Assembly: GCF_004010195.1 (NCBI RefSeq)
Contig: NC_057737.1
Span: 48,909,173 to 48,973,172 of the forward strand
Length of the DNA stretch: 64,000 nucleotides
Direction: 5' to 3'
From: Chiloscyllium plagiosum
Taxonomy: Eukaryota
Position numbers and translations under genes: made by a program. Positions within the stretch are counted from its first letter, which is position 1; each line of letters starts with the position of its first letter. Shown here one piece after another: positions 37,863 through 50,210 of the stretch. The notes beneath the pieces were generated by a model. The model saw only the letters and a list, made by a program, of their open reading frames with translations, was not told where the DNA came from and ran no database searches.

Positions 37863-38457
37863 CCGGGGGGGGTAGGGGATTGGCTGGCGACCCGAACACA
37901 GAAGGGGCAGCCATGGCTGATTGGACTATTTTGGGAGAGAGAGAGTGAGTGTGTGTGTCCGTTTGTTTCCCCATCCCCGGGGACGAGGTCTGGGAGTTCC
38001 TCTTTCTGGGGAGGAGGTGTCTGATCGCCTTTCCATCACCACCCCTCTCTACCAGGAAAAGGTGTCGGATCAGCACTTTGGAATGAAATATAATGCAAAA
38101 TAAATCAGCGATGTGATACATGTGCAGTACAAATTAAATACTACTGTTTAAATGGGAGTCCTGGAGGTGCTCAGCCGCCAATGTTTGAAGGTGACCAAAT
38201 AAGTTTTTTTTATCATGATTTGGAGGTGCAGGTGTTGGACTAGGTTGTACAAAATTAAAAATCACACAACGCCAGGTTATAGTCAAACAGGGAAGCACTA
38301 GCTTTCGGAGTGCTGCTCCAGTGCCCCGAAAGCTAATGCTTCCAAATAAACCTGTTGGACTATAATCTGGTGTTGTGTGATTTTGTCAGAATAGTCATTG
38401 ACATATGAATCTTTACTTGCTCAGTAGGTGCAGTGAGTAAATAGCTAAAAAAAATTA

Positions 38458-38790
38458 TCATAGAATCCCTACATTGTGGAAACAGGCCATTCAGCCCAAC
38501 AAATCCACACCAACCTTCCAAAGAGTAAAACTGCCCCTAAGGGTCATTCCACTAACCTATAACTCTACATCTACCCTCTGACTAACATCTAACCTACTCA
38601 TCCCTGAACACTATTAGAAATGTAGCTTGGCCCTGCACATCTTTGGATCATGGGAGGAAAGCGAAGCACCTGGAGGAAACTTGCACAGGGAGAATGTGCA
38701 CACTCCACACAGTCAGTTACCCAAGGCTGGAATCAAACCTGGGTCCCTGGCGCTATGAGGCAGCAGTGCTCACCACTAAGACACCATGTT
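38458..38790 (-). mobile_element. Older HE1-type SINE, flanked by short family-B PLE fold-backs (about 38215-38385 and 38845-38975)
   Basis: Diverged V-domain; the flanking elements have ttatagtc.aacagg...cctgttggactataa-type inverted arms. Confidence 0.7.
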
Positions 38791-39992
38791 GCCCTTATGC
38801 TGAAATGTGGCCCTTGCTGGAGTGTGACACCATTTCTGGGCAAAGTTAAAAATCATATAACATCAGATTATAGTCCAACAGGTTTATTTGGAAGCACTAG
38901 CTTTCCAAGCAGGTTTACTTGGAAAGCTACTGCTTCCAAATAAACCTGGTCCCAATACCGCATCTCCAAATCATGACCATTTCTGGGGATCACTATTCAA
39001 GAAGTAAGTGAAGATTTTGGAAAGGGTTCAGAACAGATTTTTTGAAATAGTTCCAAAGAAGGGAATTGCGTCTCCGGACAACCTGCAGTTTACTGTAGAA
39101 AAGGGGGAATAGCAAACCTAAAATCCAGGGGAAATTAATAGTGGATCAAAGACGGGAACTGTACTTTTTTTTTACACAGAATGTGGCTTGTGTGTAGAAT
39201 GAAATTTCAGAAGTAGTGGTGAATGTGAAAACAGTTACAATGTTTAAAAGACAGTAGAGGTGGCAGATCGCGTGTGAGCCTCCAGCCCCCCCCCCCCCGC
39301 CACCTTTCTATACTAGATAGGAAAGGATTAGAAGGATATGGGCCAAGTGCAGGGAAATGAGGTCAGCGTTGATAGACATTTTGGTCGCATGGACCAGTTT
39401 GGGCCAAAGTGCATGTCTCTGTGCTGTAGTACCCTATATGTACATGAATAAGAAATGTTTGGAGGGATATGGCCAAGCGCAGACAGGTGGGGCTAATTTA
39501 GTTTGAGGTTATGGTGTACTGTCTGTACTTCGCGGGCTAAATTATGAGGAGAGATTATTACAAGTAAAGCCTGTTTTCTCTACAACATAGAAGGTACTAA
39601 CAGGAAAGTCCCATCATGTAACTGGTGAAAATACTGCCACATTAAAAATAAACTAGATTACACACCTTGGTATAATAGTTGTAGCCTTTGATTCAGACAG
39701 CTTTCACATTTAGCAAAAATTCTGCATTTCGATCTGTTTGAGACCAAATAATTTTTGAATTGTAGTTTTAAATAGAAGGTCAATAAGAGCTACTCATTCC
39801 AATTCCTCTTCCCTGTATCCTTCTCGATTCTGTTTTCAAATTCTGCAGCCACTACTAATCGAGCAGTCTGTATTACAGTAACCCCATGTTAATACACCCA
39901 TTTACCCTTCATTGTTCAGAACAAAGAACAATACAGCGCAGAAACAGGTCCTTCAGCCCTCCAAGCCTGCACCAACACATTTTGCCCTTCTA

Positions 39993-40305
39993 TGGTGGTT
40001 AGCACTGCTGCCTTACAGCGCCAGAGACCCGGGTTCAATTCCCACCCCAGGCGACTGACTGTGTGGAGTTTGCACAATCTCCCCGTGTCTGCGTGGGTTT
40101 CCTCCGGGTGCTCCGGTTTCCTCCCACAGTCCAAAGATGTGCAGGTTAGGTGAATTGGCCATGCTAAATTGCCCGTAGTGTTATGTGAAGGGGTAAATGT
40201 AGGGGTATGGGTGGGTTGTGCTTCGGCGGGTCGGTGTGGACTTGTTGGGCCGAAGGGCCTGTTTCCACACTGTTAGTAATCTAAAATCTAAAAAAAATCT
40301 AATCT
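39993..40305 (+). mobile_element. Young HE1-type V-SINE
   Basis: Near-identical to the 19322-19635 copy. Confidence 0.9.
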
Positions 40306-40356
40306 ATACTAAGACTGTCTTCACTTACATGATCTGTATTCCTCTACTCCCTTCCT

Positions 40357-40640
40357 ATTCGTGTATTCATCCAGGTGCTCCTTGAGTGCTGCTATTGTGT
40401 CTGCTTCCACCGCCTCCTGTGGCACTTACCACCTTTTGTGTTCTTTTTTCTTCTTCGTCTGATCTACCCTTCTTACCACTTTTCCAGCCATTGCACAGTT
40501 TAATTCGTGTATTCATCCAGGTGCTCCTTGAGTGCTGCTTCCACCGCCTCCTGTGGCACTTACCACCTTTTGTGTTCTTTTTTCTTCTTCATCTGATCTA
40601 CCCTTCTTACCACTTTTCTAGCCATTGCACAGTTTAATTC
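40357..40640 (+). repeat. Tandem duplication of about 140 bp
   Basis: attcgtgtattcatccaggtgctcc...gccattgcacagtttaattc occurs twice; the second copy lacks about 10-12 bp. Confidence 0.85.
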
Positions 40641-41358
40641 AGAGTTCATGGGTGATTAGAAAGTAACAAAATAACTGTCCCACAACATTGTATCAGTGGT
40701 TGTACAGTTGAAACTCAGTTGAAATGAGTTTGTCATTGTGAATGTCACACTACAACTGGGGAGCTAAATTGACATGACTGCTAAGGATTGTGTATGACAC
40801 CCCGCATAGCTAGTCTCACCCCCATTTAATGTACCTAGTAAGGACCAAGGTTTTACATATGTCCAGGTAATTCACTAGAGCAGCTAAAATTAACTGTCTG
40901 GAGCAAATTCTAGGTATACCCCATATAATCTCTGTTACTGAGTTCAATCGAAACTGTTTCCCAGTATAACTTGGATGTGCCCAAAAATCTACAGGACACG
41001 ACTGCATGTTTGGATTTAGAGAGATTTGTATCATGCTATCTATTTGTGCTTATCATTGCAATTTAAATGTCTTTTTGCTAGCTTACCATTACTGGTCAAA
41101 TCTAATAATGTCATGAATGTCTTATTTGTTAGATTCAAGCCATTCCTCAGAGGCTTAAAACCATAATCTAGGCTTATTTCAAAATTGAGGTCATGCTTCG
41201 CTCTCCAAAGTGCCATCTTAAGGGTGAAGTTTTAAACTGAGTCACCATGTGCCTTCTCAGTTAGATGTGAGAGATCCCATTCCTTCATCTAAAGAGTGTT
41301 TTCCAGGACCTGATTCATCTTCAATCAACATCACCAAACCAGATTAATGGTTTCTGTT

Positions 41359-41674
41359 GATTAGATTAGATTAGATTACTTACAGTGAGGAAACAGGCCC
41401 TTCGGCCCAACAAGTCCACACCGACCCGCCGAAGCGCAACCCACCCATACCCCTAGATGTACCCCTTTTTACCTAACACTACGGGCAATTTAGCGTGGCC
41501 AATTCACCTAACCTGCATATCTTTGGACTGTGGGAGGAAACTGGAGCACCCGGAGGAAACCCACGCAGACACGGGGAGATTGTGCAAACTCCACACAGTC
41601 AGTCGCCTGAGTTGGGAATTGAACCCGGGTCTCTGACGCTGTGAGGCAGCAGCGCTTGCCACCGTGCCGCCCAC
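41359..41674 (-). mobile_element. Young full-length HE1-type V-SINE
   Basis: (ttaga)n tail, V-domain, head ...ccgtgccgccc. Confidence 0.9.
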
Positions 41675-43357
41675 ACTTATTGACACTTCAAAGCCATTCA
41701 TGATTTTGAATACAAGTATCAAATCTTTTCTTGCCTTTCTCAGCTGTAAGAATTACCTGAGTTACCCTAGTTTTCCCAAACTGAAGATCTTCATCTCTAG
41801 TGTAACTCCCAAGAATCCTACTTTAACCACATCCAGAATTCAACACACTCCTTGGGCTTAGATCCAGCCAATGCTTTTTGAAGGTTGAACAAGACATCCT
41901 TGTTTTTGTACCAATACTGTGAATATTGGAAAAGTGAAGTAAAATCAATTAGTGCTGGAATTCACAGCAGGCCAGGCAATGTCAGCAAAGGGAGAAACAG
42001 TGTTAGCATTTGAGGTTGAATACCTTTAATCAGAAAGATAGAAACATATTAGCTTTTGAACCAGTGAAAGGGGAAAGAGGCAGGAAGAAGAAAAGGGTAC
42101 CTCTCTGATTGGGTGGAAGGCAGGAGAAATTAACTAAGTCCTTTCATTATGTAAAAGCCGTGGTCACAGACCAGACCGTCAACTTTTGACCAGACCGTTT
42201 GATCCCAGACTAAATAGTTAAGTTATGATGTAATCTGGTTAGGAACAAGTAGCTTTTATTTTTATAATAGCTGAAAGGTAAGATGCAAGGGTCTTACCAG
42301 GAAAGTGAAGACACAAACATTTGTGGATTTGAACAAAGCAATAAATTTTCCAATATTAATGCAGAAATGCAGACTACAGTGTATGTACACCTTATATTGT
42401 CATCCAGAATTAGACATGCTGAGTAGTTAAACATCTAATTAGTTCTAGGTATGAATAACAATCTGATTAAGCACCTTATGGCGTCCATCAAATAAAAAAT
42501 GTCATCATGAAAAACACCACAGCACCTCACCCCCTCCCCAGATATCAATGCAAATTAAGCCATCAAATCTCAAAATTTCACAAGGGATTCCCATATCTTC
42601 ACTTTCTTTTTGTTCTTCACAATCTGGCTCGTAAGTGTTTCTTCCATATGGACTGTTTCACAGACTTTTCCTGTTCTCGTCAATCACCCACCTATCCTCT
42701 AGCATCATTCCCATTTTGAAGGAGACTTGGGAGATTGGAACCAGTTCCTGTACGATTTCCATCCTTGTTTCCTTTAGTCACCCAGGATGCATCAGATCAA
42801 AACCTCAGGATTTTCCTGTTTTGAGAATTGGCTTTCTTTTATTTTCCTTTTCTTCACTGATTTCAATCTTATCCAGTTTTTTTCCACCCCTCTTCATTTG
42901 CAGTTGTTCTGGTAACATCTTTCTCTTGTGAGGCCAGACTAAAAATGCTCATTTAATGCCTCCACCAGGCCCACTGCTTCCAGATGAAATTCTGGAAGGC
43001 TCTGATTGAATGGCAGCACATTCCAGATCCTACCCGCTTATTTAAAATGTTTTTTATTATGTCACCAATGTTTTGTTTTGTCAGTATTGTTAAGTCCATC
43101 AGTTCCTGACTTACCACCCATGAGAGCAATTTCTTTCCATTTTGTCCGTTGGCTTCATGATTTTGAATACTGATGCCAAACATTATCTCAAACTTAAGGA
43201 GAACAGCTTCTCCAGTCTATCCACATAATGAAGCTCCCTCATCCCTGGAAGCACATTCATAAGTATTGGCTGCACTGTCTTTCTGTGTATTTTGTTTATC
43301 CTCTACTTGTGCACACCTGCCGCTAAATTAGTTGAAACGCTGCCTCAAGGATATTAA

Positions 43358-43800
43358 GTTAAAAATCACACAACACCAGGTTATAGTTCAACAGGTTTAA
43401 TTGGAAGTACCTTAGCTTTCGGAGCGACACTCCTTCATCAGGTGATAGTGGAGGGTCAATCCTCACACACAATTTATAGCAAAAAATTTACAGTGTGATG
43501 TAACTGAATTATACATTGAAAAATTGATTGTCTGTTAAATCTTTCATCTGTTTGAATACCATGATAGTTTCACTTCTTTCATGTGTAAATCACAAAGCTT
43601 TTTTTTAAAAAGTTGCATTCTCAGGTTAGCTGTTAACAATGGTGATAGCTAGACAATATGTTGAAGGTGTTAGCCCCCTGTGTTCTCTGTCTGTGCCATG
43701 ATGTTTAGATTGATTCTAATCTAAAAAGTGAGATAACAGAGTTCTACATGAATGCATGCAGTTTTTGAGCAAAGTACAATATTACCCTGCAAGTCCAAAT
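43358..43800 (-). mobile_element. PLE terminus, family B (hammerhead core about 43412-43445)
   Basis: High similarity to 47905-48270. Confidence 0.8.
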
Positions 43801-44677
43801 CAAGGATATTACAACTTACCTCCACCAACAATCTCTCATTCCTCCCATTGACCAACCATGTCGTACCCTCTATCTTTCCTCACCTATCCTCACTTCACCA
43901 CTCAGCTCCTGCCACCCCTTTTATTTGCAGCTCCCCCTTCACCCACTCCCAGTCCCGAAGAAGGGTTACACCAGAAGCGTCAACTTCTCCACCACCTGAT
44001 GCTGCTGGCTTGCTGTGTTCTTCCAGCCTCTTGCCTGTTTACTTTGGATTCCAGTATCTGTAGTTTTTTTGTCTCTAATCAAAGATATTGTTAGCAGCAT
44101 TGTTCAAGTGCAACTTATTTACCTCCTGAACCCACTGCCTGAGGAATTTGAAGTCCTTCATTCTGCACCATTTCTGCAACTGCATGTTAACCTCTTTTAA
44201 TTTACTATTCCTATAAACAAACTTGTGTGTAGCGCTGGGAATGATTCCAAGATTATCTGTGAAATCCTACTCTTTAATTTCCTTCAGAACTAATCAAACT
44301 TGGCAGATCTCAAACCTTTTGTCCCCTACCTTCCTGGTTCCCAAATGGGCTTCTGTAGTCCTCCCTCAAAATGTTCTGAATGTTGTTAGCCCTTTACTGT
44401 GGAATGAGAGGAGCAACAGACAATGCAGGTTTCATGTCAGCAGTTGCAGAAACAATTGTATGTCATAACTATGGAGTCTCCTATAGCTATTGTGTCTTGC
44501 AGTTCCTTCTACCATCATTTATCCCATTGTATTGTGGGTGGGCTTTAAGACCACATTTCAAAAGTACATCATTTGCTATAAATTGTTTTAGGATAATGTA
44601 GGAAAGGTGCTATGAGGTGCAGTTTTCATCCTTGTTTTGTAAAGTAAATGTCTAATGTCTTGTTTACTTTCTTTCAG

Positions 44678-44743
44678 CAATTAGAAATAATCACACCATT
44701 CCAGCTATACTTCAATCCCGAGCTTATATTTAAACACTACCAA
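44678..44743 (+). CDS. DERL2: Derlin-2 exon 2
   Basis: ttcag|[22 protein letters not shown]|gtaagt. Confidence 0.96.
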
Positions 44744-44933
44744 GTAAGTGTGTTTATTAGATTAATGCATAACACTGCATGGATTGTATATACTCACTAT
44801 TCCTAATATTTCCAGTTCAGCCACAATTATTCCCCTGATAATGTTCTGATAATGTCAGAAAATGCTGAATTACACAGGCTGTCATGGCTTTGTGAATTGT
44901 AAGTTGAACAGTAGAAATCTAAAATGGCTATGT

Positions 44934-45560
44934 GAATTGAATTTATTGTCACGTGTACCGAGGCACAGCGAAAAGCTTTGTCTTACGAGCAATACAGGCA
45001 GATCACATAGTTAAATAGCATAGATAAGTAAATAATAGGTAAATAGCAGCAAAATCAAAAACACAGGTAAAGGCGAATGTTAAGTGTTTGTGAGTCCATT
45101 CAGTATTCTAACAACAGTAGGATAGAAACCGTTGCGAAACGGGCTGGTGCGTGTGATCAGGCTTCTGTACCTTCTCTCCGATGGTAGAGGTTGTGGAAAA
45201 ACATTGCCAGGGTGGGATGGATCTTTAAGAATGCTGGTGGCCTTTCTTTGACAGTGGGCCTGGTAGATGGATTCTATTGATGGGACGTTGGCCTTTATGA
45301 TTGTCCAGGCAGAGTTCACACTCTCTGTAACTGTCTTCGATCTTGAATGGCACAGTTGCCATACCAGATAGTGATACATCCAGACAGAATGCTTGTGATG
45401 GTGCACCTTTAAAAGTTGGCAAGGGTATTCTCCGTCATGCCAAATTTCCTCAGCTGCCTGAGGAAGAAGAGACGTTGTTGGGCCTTTGTAACCAGTGCGT
45501 TCACATGAAGAGTCAAAGAAAGCTTGTTGTGGATGACCACTCCCAGGAGCTTGACACGCT
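44934..45560 (-). mobile_element. Rex1/Babar-like LINE 3' end
   Basis: ORF 45080..45406: ILKDPSHPGN..PLPSERRYRSLITRT..FRNGFYPTVVRILN; tail gtacacgtgacaataaattcaattc. Confidence 0.7.
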
Positions 45561-46167
45561 CCAAGAGCTGATTTTTATCAATTGCTATGGTATCTTTACT
45601 AAGTTATTTGTTCATTTCTCACCCTGTCCCCTGTAATGTGTATCATCGCTCGCCTGCCTGCAGTAGTATCTCAGTGCTGGGATACATCATTGGCCGCAGG
45701 TGACTGATTCCCCAACCTGCATTCAGCAGCTGCCGAAACATCACAGGAAACATCATCAGGAACTCTGTCCTTTGAGATAGTTATTGTGAACCTGAAAACG
45801 TAGTGCTCACACACAATTATGTCCTTCAGATGTCCTCCTTCGTCTGTTTGGTTTCTCATGTCATTTTTATTGACAATTGTTGGTGACACCCAGTCCTTGC
45901 TTTCTCTGCCCCATCCAAAGTTTCTGGTGTTCACTCCTTATTAGTTGATGTTACTAGGATGTTGACTGGCATTATGACAGTGATGTTGACATTTCCAAAG
46001 AACCTTCACAGTTCCAATTTCCTCCTTCCTCAATTCACTGAGTGTCAGTGCTGTGATTTAGCTGAGTACTGTCGAGAGGAGCGAGGAATGTTTAAAAAAA
46101 TGACGTGTAAAGGAATTGAAATGGATTTCCAGACTGTAACATTAACCCGTGTTTTCTTTTCTTGTAG

Positions 46168-46241
46168 GTTTGGAGATTAATTACAAATTTCCTGTTTTTT
46201 GGTACAGTGGGATTTAATTTTTTGTTTAATATGATATTCCT
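46168..46241 (+). CDS. DERL2: Derlin-2 exon 3 (WR motif)
   Basis: tgtag|[24 protein letters not shown](L)|gtatccttt. Confidence 0.96.
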
Positions 46242-46477
46242 GTATCCTTTTGACAGCTGTTGAAATTACATGTAGAAATTTTTAAAAACTGCTTTTTGTG
46301 TAAGAATCAAACTGATTGATGATTGTTAATGACAGAAAAGATGTCTGTTTACAAATTGCATTTGCAACAGGTAAAGAAATCAGGATTAAGGAGAGTGTTT
46401 ATTCCCTCCAAAAACATTTTTTTGCTTTCATAATTTTTACTTTGATACACCTTGTGTTTTCTTAACCATTACTGCAG
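46242..46477 (+). other. U12-type (minor spliceosome) GT-AG intron 3 of DERL2
   Basis: Donor GTATCCTTT; branch TTCTTAAC at 46459-46466 close to the AG; no polypyrimidine tract after the branch. Confidence 0.92.
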
Positions 46478-46571
46478 ATATCGATATTGCCGGATGCTTG
46501 AAGAAGGGTCATTCAGGGGTCGAACTGCAGACTTTGTCTTTATGTTTCTCTTTGGTGGATTTTTGATGACT
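46478..46571 (+). CDS. DERL2: Derlin-2 exon 4
   Basis: [31 protein letters not shown]. Confidence 0.96.
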
Positions 46572-47588
46572 GTATCCTTCAGCTTTTTCTTTAGTATATA
46601 TGTTATCAAACTATTTTCAAAGATCAGTAAATTAATTAATTATATTTTAACAAGCATATAGCTATCACTCAATAACATCAACACTTTGCCACAGAACTCA
46701 CTGGCTTCCACTGTCACTAATACCCTTATCCCATCCAATGATAGCTTCCCACATGCTCCTGGTGAAGATCAATGAATTCAACACAAACTTGAATCACACT
46801 GAGGACTTTCACACCTCTTTACATCCATTGTTCATTGATCTTAATAACTGGCCTTGGTCTGCTGTGCTTTTATTTTTAATCCATTATTCTCCTCATGCAG
46901 GCAATCTCCAGGTTGTGAACTGGTTCCATTCTTGAGTCCATTCAGAAGTGGACTTGTATGCAAGTCAAAACACAAAGCAGCACACTGTAAAATGGTCATT
47001 CATAAGTACTGTGAAGTATATGTCATATCTTTAAAGTTATATCCCATATGGGATTCCATTAATCAGTTTTGTAAGTTGGATGTTCATAAATCATGTATCC
47101 CTGTAATATGTTTCTCAGGTGTTGCAGGTTTTCTATAGTTCTCATGGCTTCCACCTTGCCCCATGGCACTGTCACATCTGGCAGTGACTGATGTATATGT
47201 CTTCATCATTTGCTTCAGTGCTTAAAATATTCCATTGTTACTTTTTCTGGTGGAGTTGCCTCATTGAGCATTTTGATCCAAACAGGACAGCTTGAACACA
47301 GGGGAAAATCGCAAGCAGTCAAAGAGCACAGTAAATTATTAAACCGAAGCTTTATTTACATCGGCTAGATCATGGTGCCTTACTGAAATAGGTAATGAGG
47401 GGCAGCCTCTCCCTGTTCTCTCCCTGCTCTGATTTTCCCCTAATTGTCATCCATGCACCTGTTCTCTTGTTCTTCTTCTTCTCAGTCCACCCCTTTTATT
47501 CACCCCACCTTACTTTCTTTGACACAGGCAGAAATCTGCTAATCCTGTTGAAAATGTTTGACTTTTTTCCTCCTTAACTTTATGTCAG
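46572..47588 (+). other. U12-type GT-AG intron 4 of DERL2
   Basis: Donor GTATCCTTC; branch TCCTTAAC at 47571-47578, ending 10 nt before the exon. Confidence 0.92.
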
Positions 47589-47784
47589 ATCTTTGGCTTG
47601 TTTGTCAATCTAGTGTTCCTGGGTCAGGCCTTTACTATAATGCTCGTCTATATATGGAGCAGGCGAAATCCTTACGTCAGGATGAACTTCTTTGGGCTCC
47701 TTAATTTTCAGGCTCCATTCCTGCCCTGGGTACTAATGGGCTTCTCATTGTTGCTTGGGAATTCAATCATAGTGGATTTGTTAG
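47589..47784 (+). CDS. DERL2: Derlin-2 exon 5
   Basis: [65 protein letters not shown](G)|gtaagg. Confidence 0.96.
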
Positions 47785-47871
47785 GTAAGGAAGCAATGTT
47801 GTGTCAAGGAAAAGCATTAAACAGTGTGTAAGTGGTATTTTTTGAATGTCACTGTATCTGAATGTACATGT

Positions 47872-48597
47872 TTTGGAGATGCCGGTGTTGGACTGGGGTG
47901 TACAAAGTTAAAAATCACACAACTCCAAGTTATAGTCCAACAGGTTTAATTGGAAGCGCTCTAGCTTTCGGAGCGACGCTCCTTCATCAGGTGATTGTGA
48001 AGGGCTCGATCGTAACACAGAATTTATAGCAAAAATTTGCAGTGTGATGTAACTGAAATTATACATTGAAAAATTGATTGTCTGTTAAGCCTTTCATCTG
48101 TTAGAATACAGTGATAGTTTCACTTCTTTCATGTATAAATCACAAAACCTTTTTTTTAAAAAGTTGCATTCTCGGGTTAGCTGTTAACAATGGTGATAGC
48201 TAGACAATGTGTTGAAGGTGTTAGCCCCCTGTGTTCTCTTGTCTATGACCTGATGTTTAGATTGATTCTAAACATCATGGCACAGACAGAGAACACAGGG
48301 GGACAACACCTTCAACATATTGTCTAGCTATCACCATTGTTAACAGCTAACCCGAGAATGCAACTTTTTAAAAAAAAAGGTTTTGAGATTTATAAATGAA
48401 AGAAGTGAAACTATCACTGTATTCTAACAGATGAAAGGCTTAACAGACAATCAATTTTTCAATGTATAATTTCAGTTACATCACACTGCAAATTTTTGCT
48501 ATAAATTCTGTGTTACGATCAAGTCGTCCACAATCACCTGATGAAGGAGCGTCGCTCCGAAAGCTAGTGTGCTTCCTATTAAACCTGTTGGACTATA
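47872..48597. mobile_element. Family-B PLE fold-back: about 670-bp palindrome with 16-bp TSD
   Basis: Arms about 47930-48260 and 48268-48598 around a 7-nt loop (attgatt); atctgaatgtacatgt at 47856-47871 and 48598-48613. Confidence 0.9.
48535..48569 (+). ncRNA. Minimal hammerhead ribozyme-like motif (PLE family B)
   Basis: CAC CTGATGA A GGAGC-GTC-GCTCC GAAA GC TA GTG: stem I CAC/GTG, 5-bp stem II, palindromic AGCT stem III. Confidence 0.7.
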
Positions 48598-50210
48598 ATC
48601 TGAATGTACATGTGATATGGTCTGATCATTTCATGGTATTATTTGTAAAGGAAACTGGAAATTTGGTGTGGTTAACTGTTGGTGCGATTCTGCACTCAAA
48701 TCAATTCTGAATTGTATCCTGCTCACATACTTCCTATTGTTTAGAAATTACAGTGACCTGTAAATCTGCTTACAATTATCTTTCTTTTAAGTAGCCTATT
48801 AATCATTTGACCATCATCTGCTGTCTTTAATATTGTTGGAAGATAATATATCCCTGGACATTAACTATTAGTAGGCTGACTAGAAACACAAATAGCATAA
48901 CAAGAATAAAAATCCCTTACAAGCAAAAGTCTCAAACCTTACAGATCCACTTCCTTTACTTTCTGTTTTATCAGTTCATTTATATTTCCAGCATATCTTT
49001 AGTTATTCAGATAGGAAAATGATGGCAGTCTTGTGCAGATCCATCCAGTACAGGTCACCTGTGCCCAGTCTGATTGTCTAATCATGTTTCCAGTGTCCCA
49101 GCAATGCAAATCCTTTCCTACACCAGCATCTTTCTAGCTACATATTTTCCTGTCTTGTACTGACTTGGGAACACAATCCCCGGAGATCATGCTTCTGATC
49201 TCACATTTAATTTGCACAGCCACTCCGACATTCTGCGCACCATGATCGGTTTGTCCACATTGACTTCCTGTTTTGAAAGTCACTACACACATGGATCTGA
49301 CAGCCTTGCACAGCAGAATTAGTAATACTAATTACTAATACTAGTTATGATCCCAACTGATGGTAATACAAGTCAGATCCTAGAATTAAACCTAGCTTGA
49401 TGGATCATATTTTGCTACTTCAACACATCACCATGTCCCCTTGCCAACATCTCTTGCTGAAGCTTACTACAGTGCTCAAGTAAAGCTGAGCACAAACTGA
49501 AAGATCAGCATCTCATTTTCTTTTTGGGAACTCTGTAGCCTTTTGGATTCAATGGCGAGTTCAACTATTTTAGAGCTTGAGGACATGTCCTTACCCAAAC
49601 CCGCACACACCCAGTCTTGTCTTCATGTGGACTGCTACCACACACAGCTACCAATAGCCCCCATTAGCAGCTATTCATTTTCATGATTGACTTTTAACTG
49701 TTCATTTGTCTGTTTTTCTCTCTTTGGGCTCAATCTTCACTTATTGTTTATTCTGTACCCTCTCCCCACACCATCTTCTGTGTAAGTATTAATATTTTCT
49801 GAGCTACCATCAGTTCTGAAGAAGAGTCACTAGGATCTGAAAATTGACTTTGATTTCTGTCCACAGATAATGTCAGACCTGCTGAGCTTTTCCAGCAATT
49901 TCTGTTTTTGTTTCTGATTTCCAGCATCTGCAGTACTTTGGTATTTTGTGTATGTGTTGACGAAATATGTTTTTATCTGTTTGGTTAATGAACTTGGTGG
50001 TTAGTCACAGAGACATATCCTCTTGAGGTTTAGACTTTCTTTCACAGCACAATAGAATGTTGTTACATAAAAGAATAATTAAAAATACAAACTATCTAAA
50101 TGTAGATGACAATTAGTAAGTTCCAGCTAGAATCATAGAATCCCTATGGTGTGGAAGCAGGCCATTCTGGGTGTCCAGGTCCATTGTTCCCTGAAGTTGG
50201 CAATGCAGGT

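Noticed and set aside
37430-38121. ORFs with AWAWAW / GPGPGP / AQAQAQ repeats
   Set aside because: Translations of the intronic hexamer repeat and GC-rich promoter; only 37716-37808 is coding
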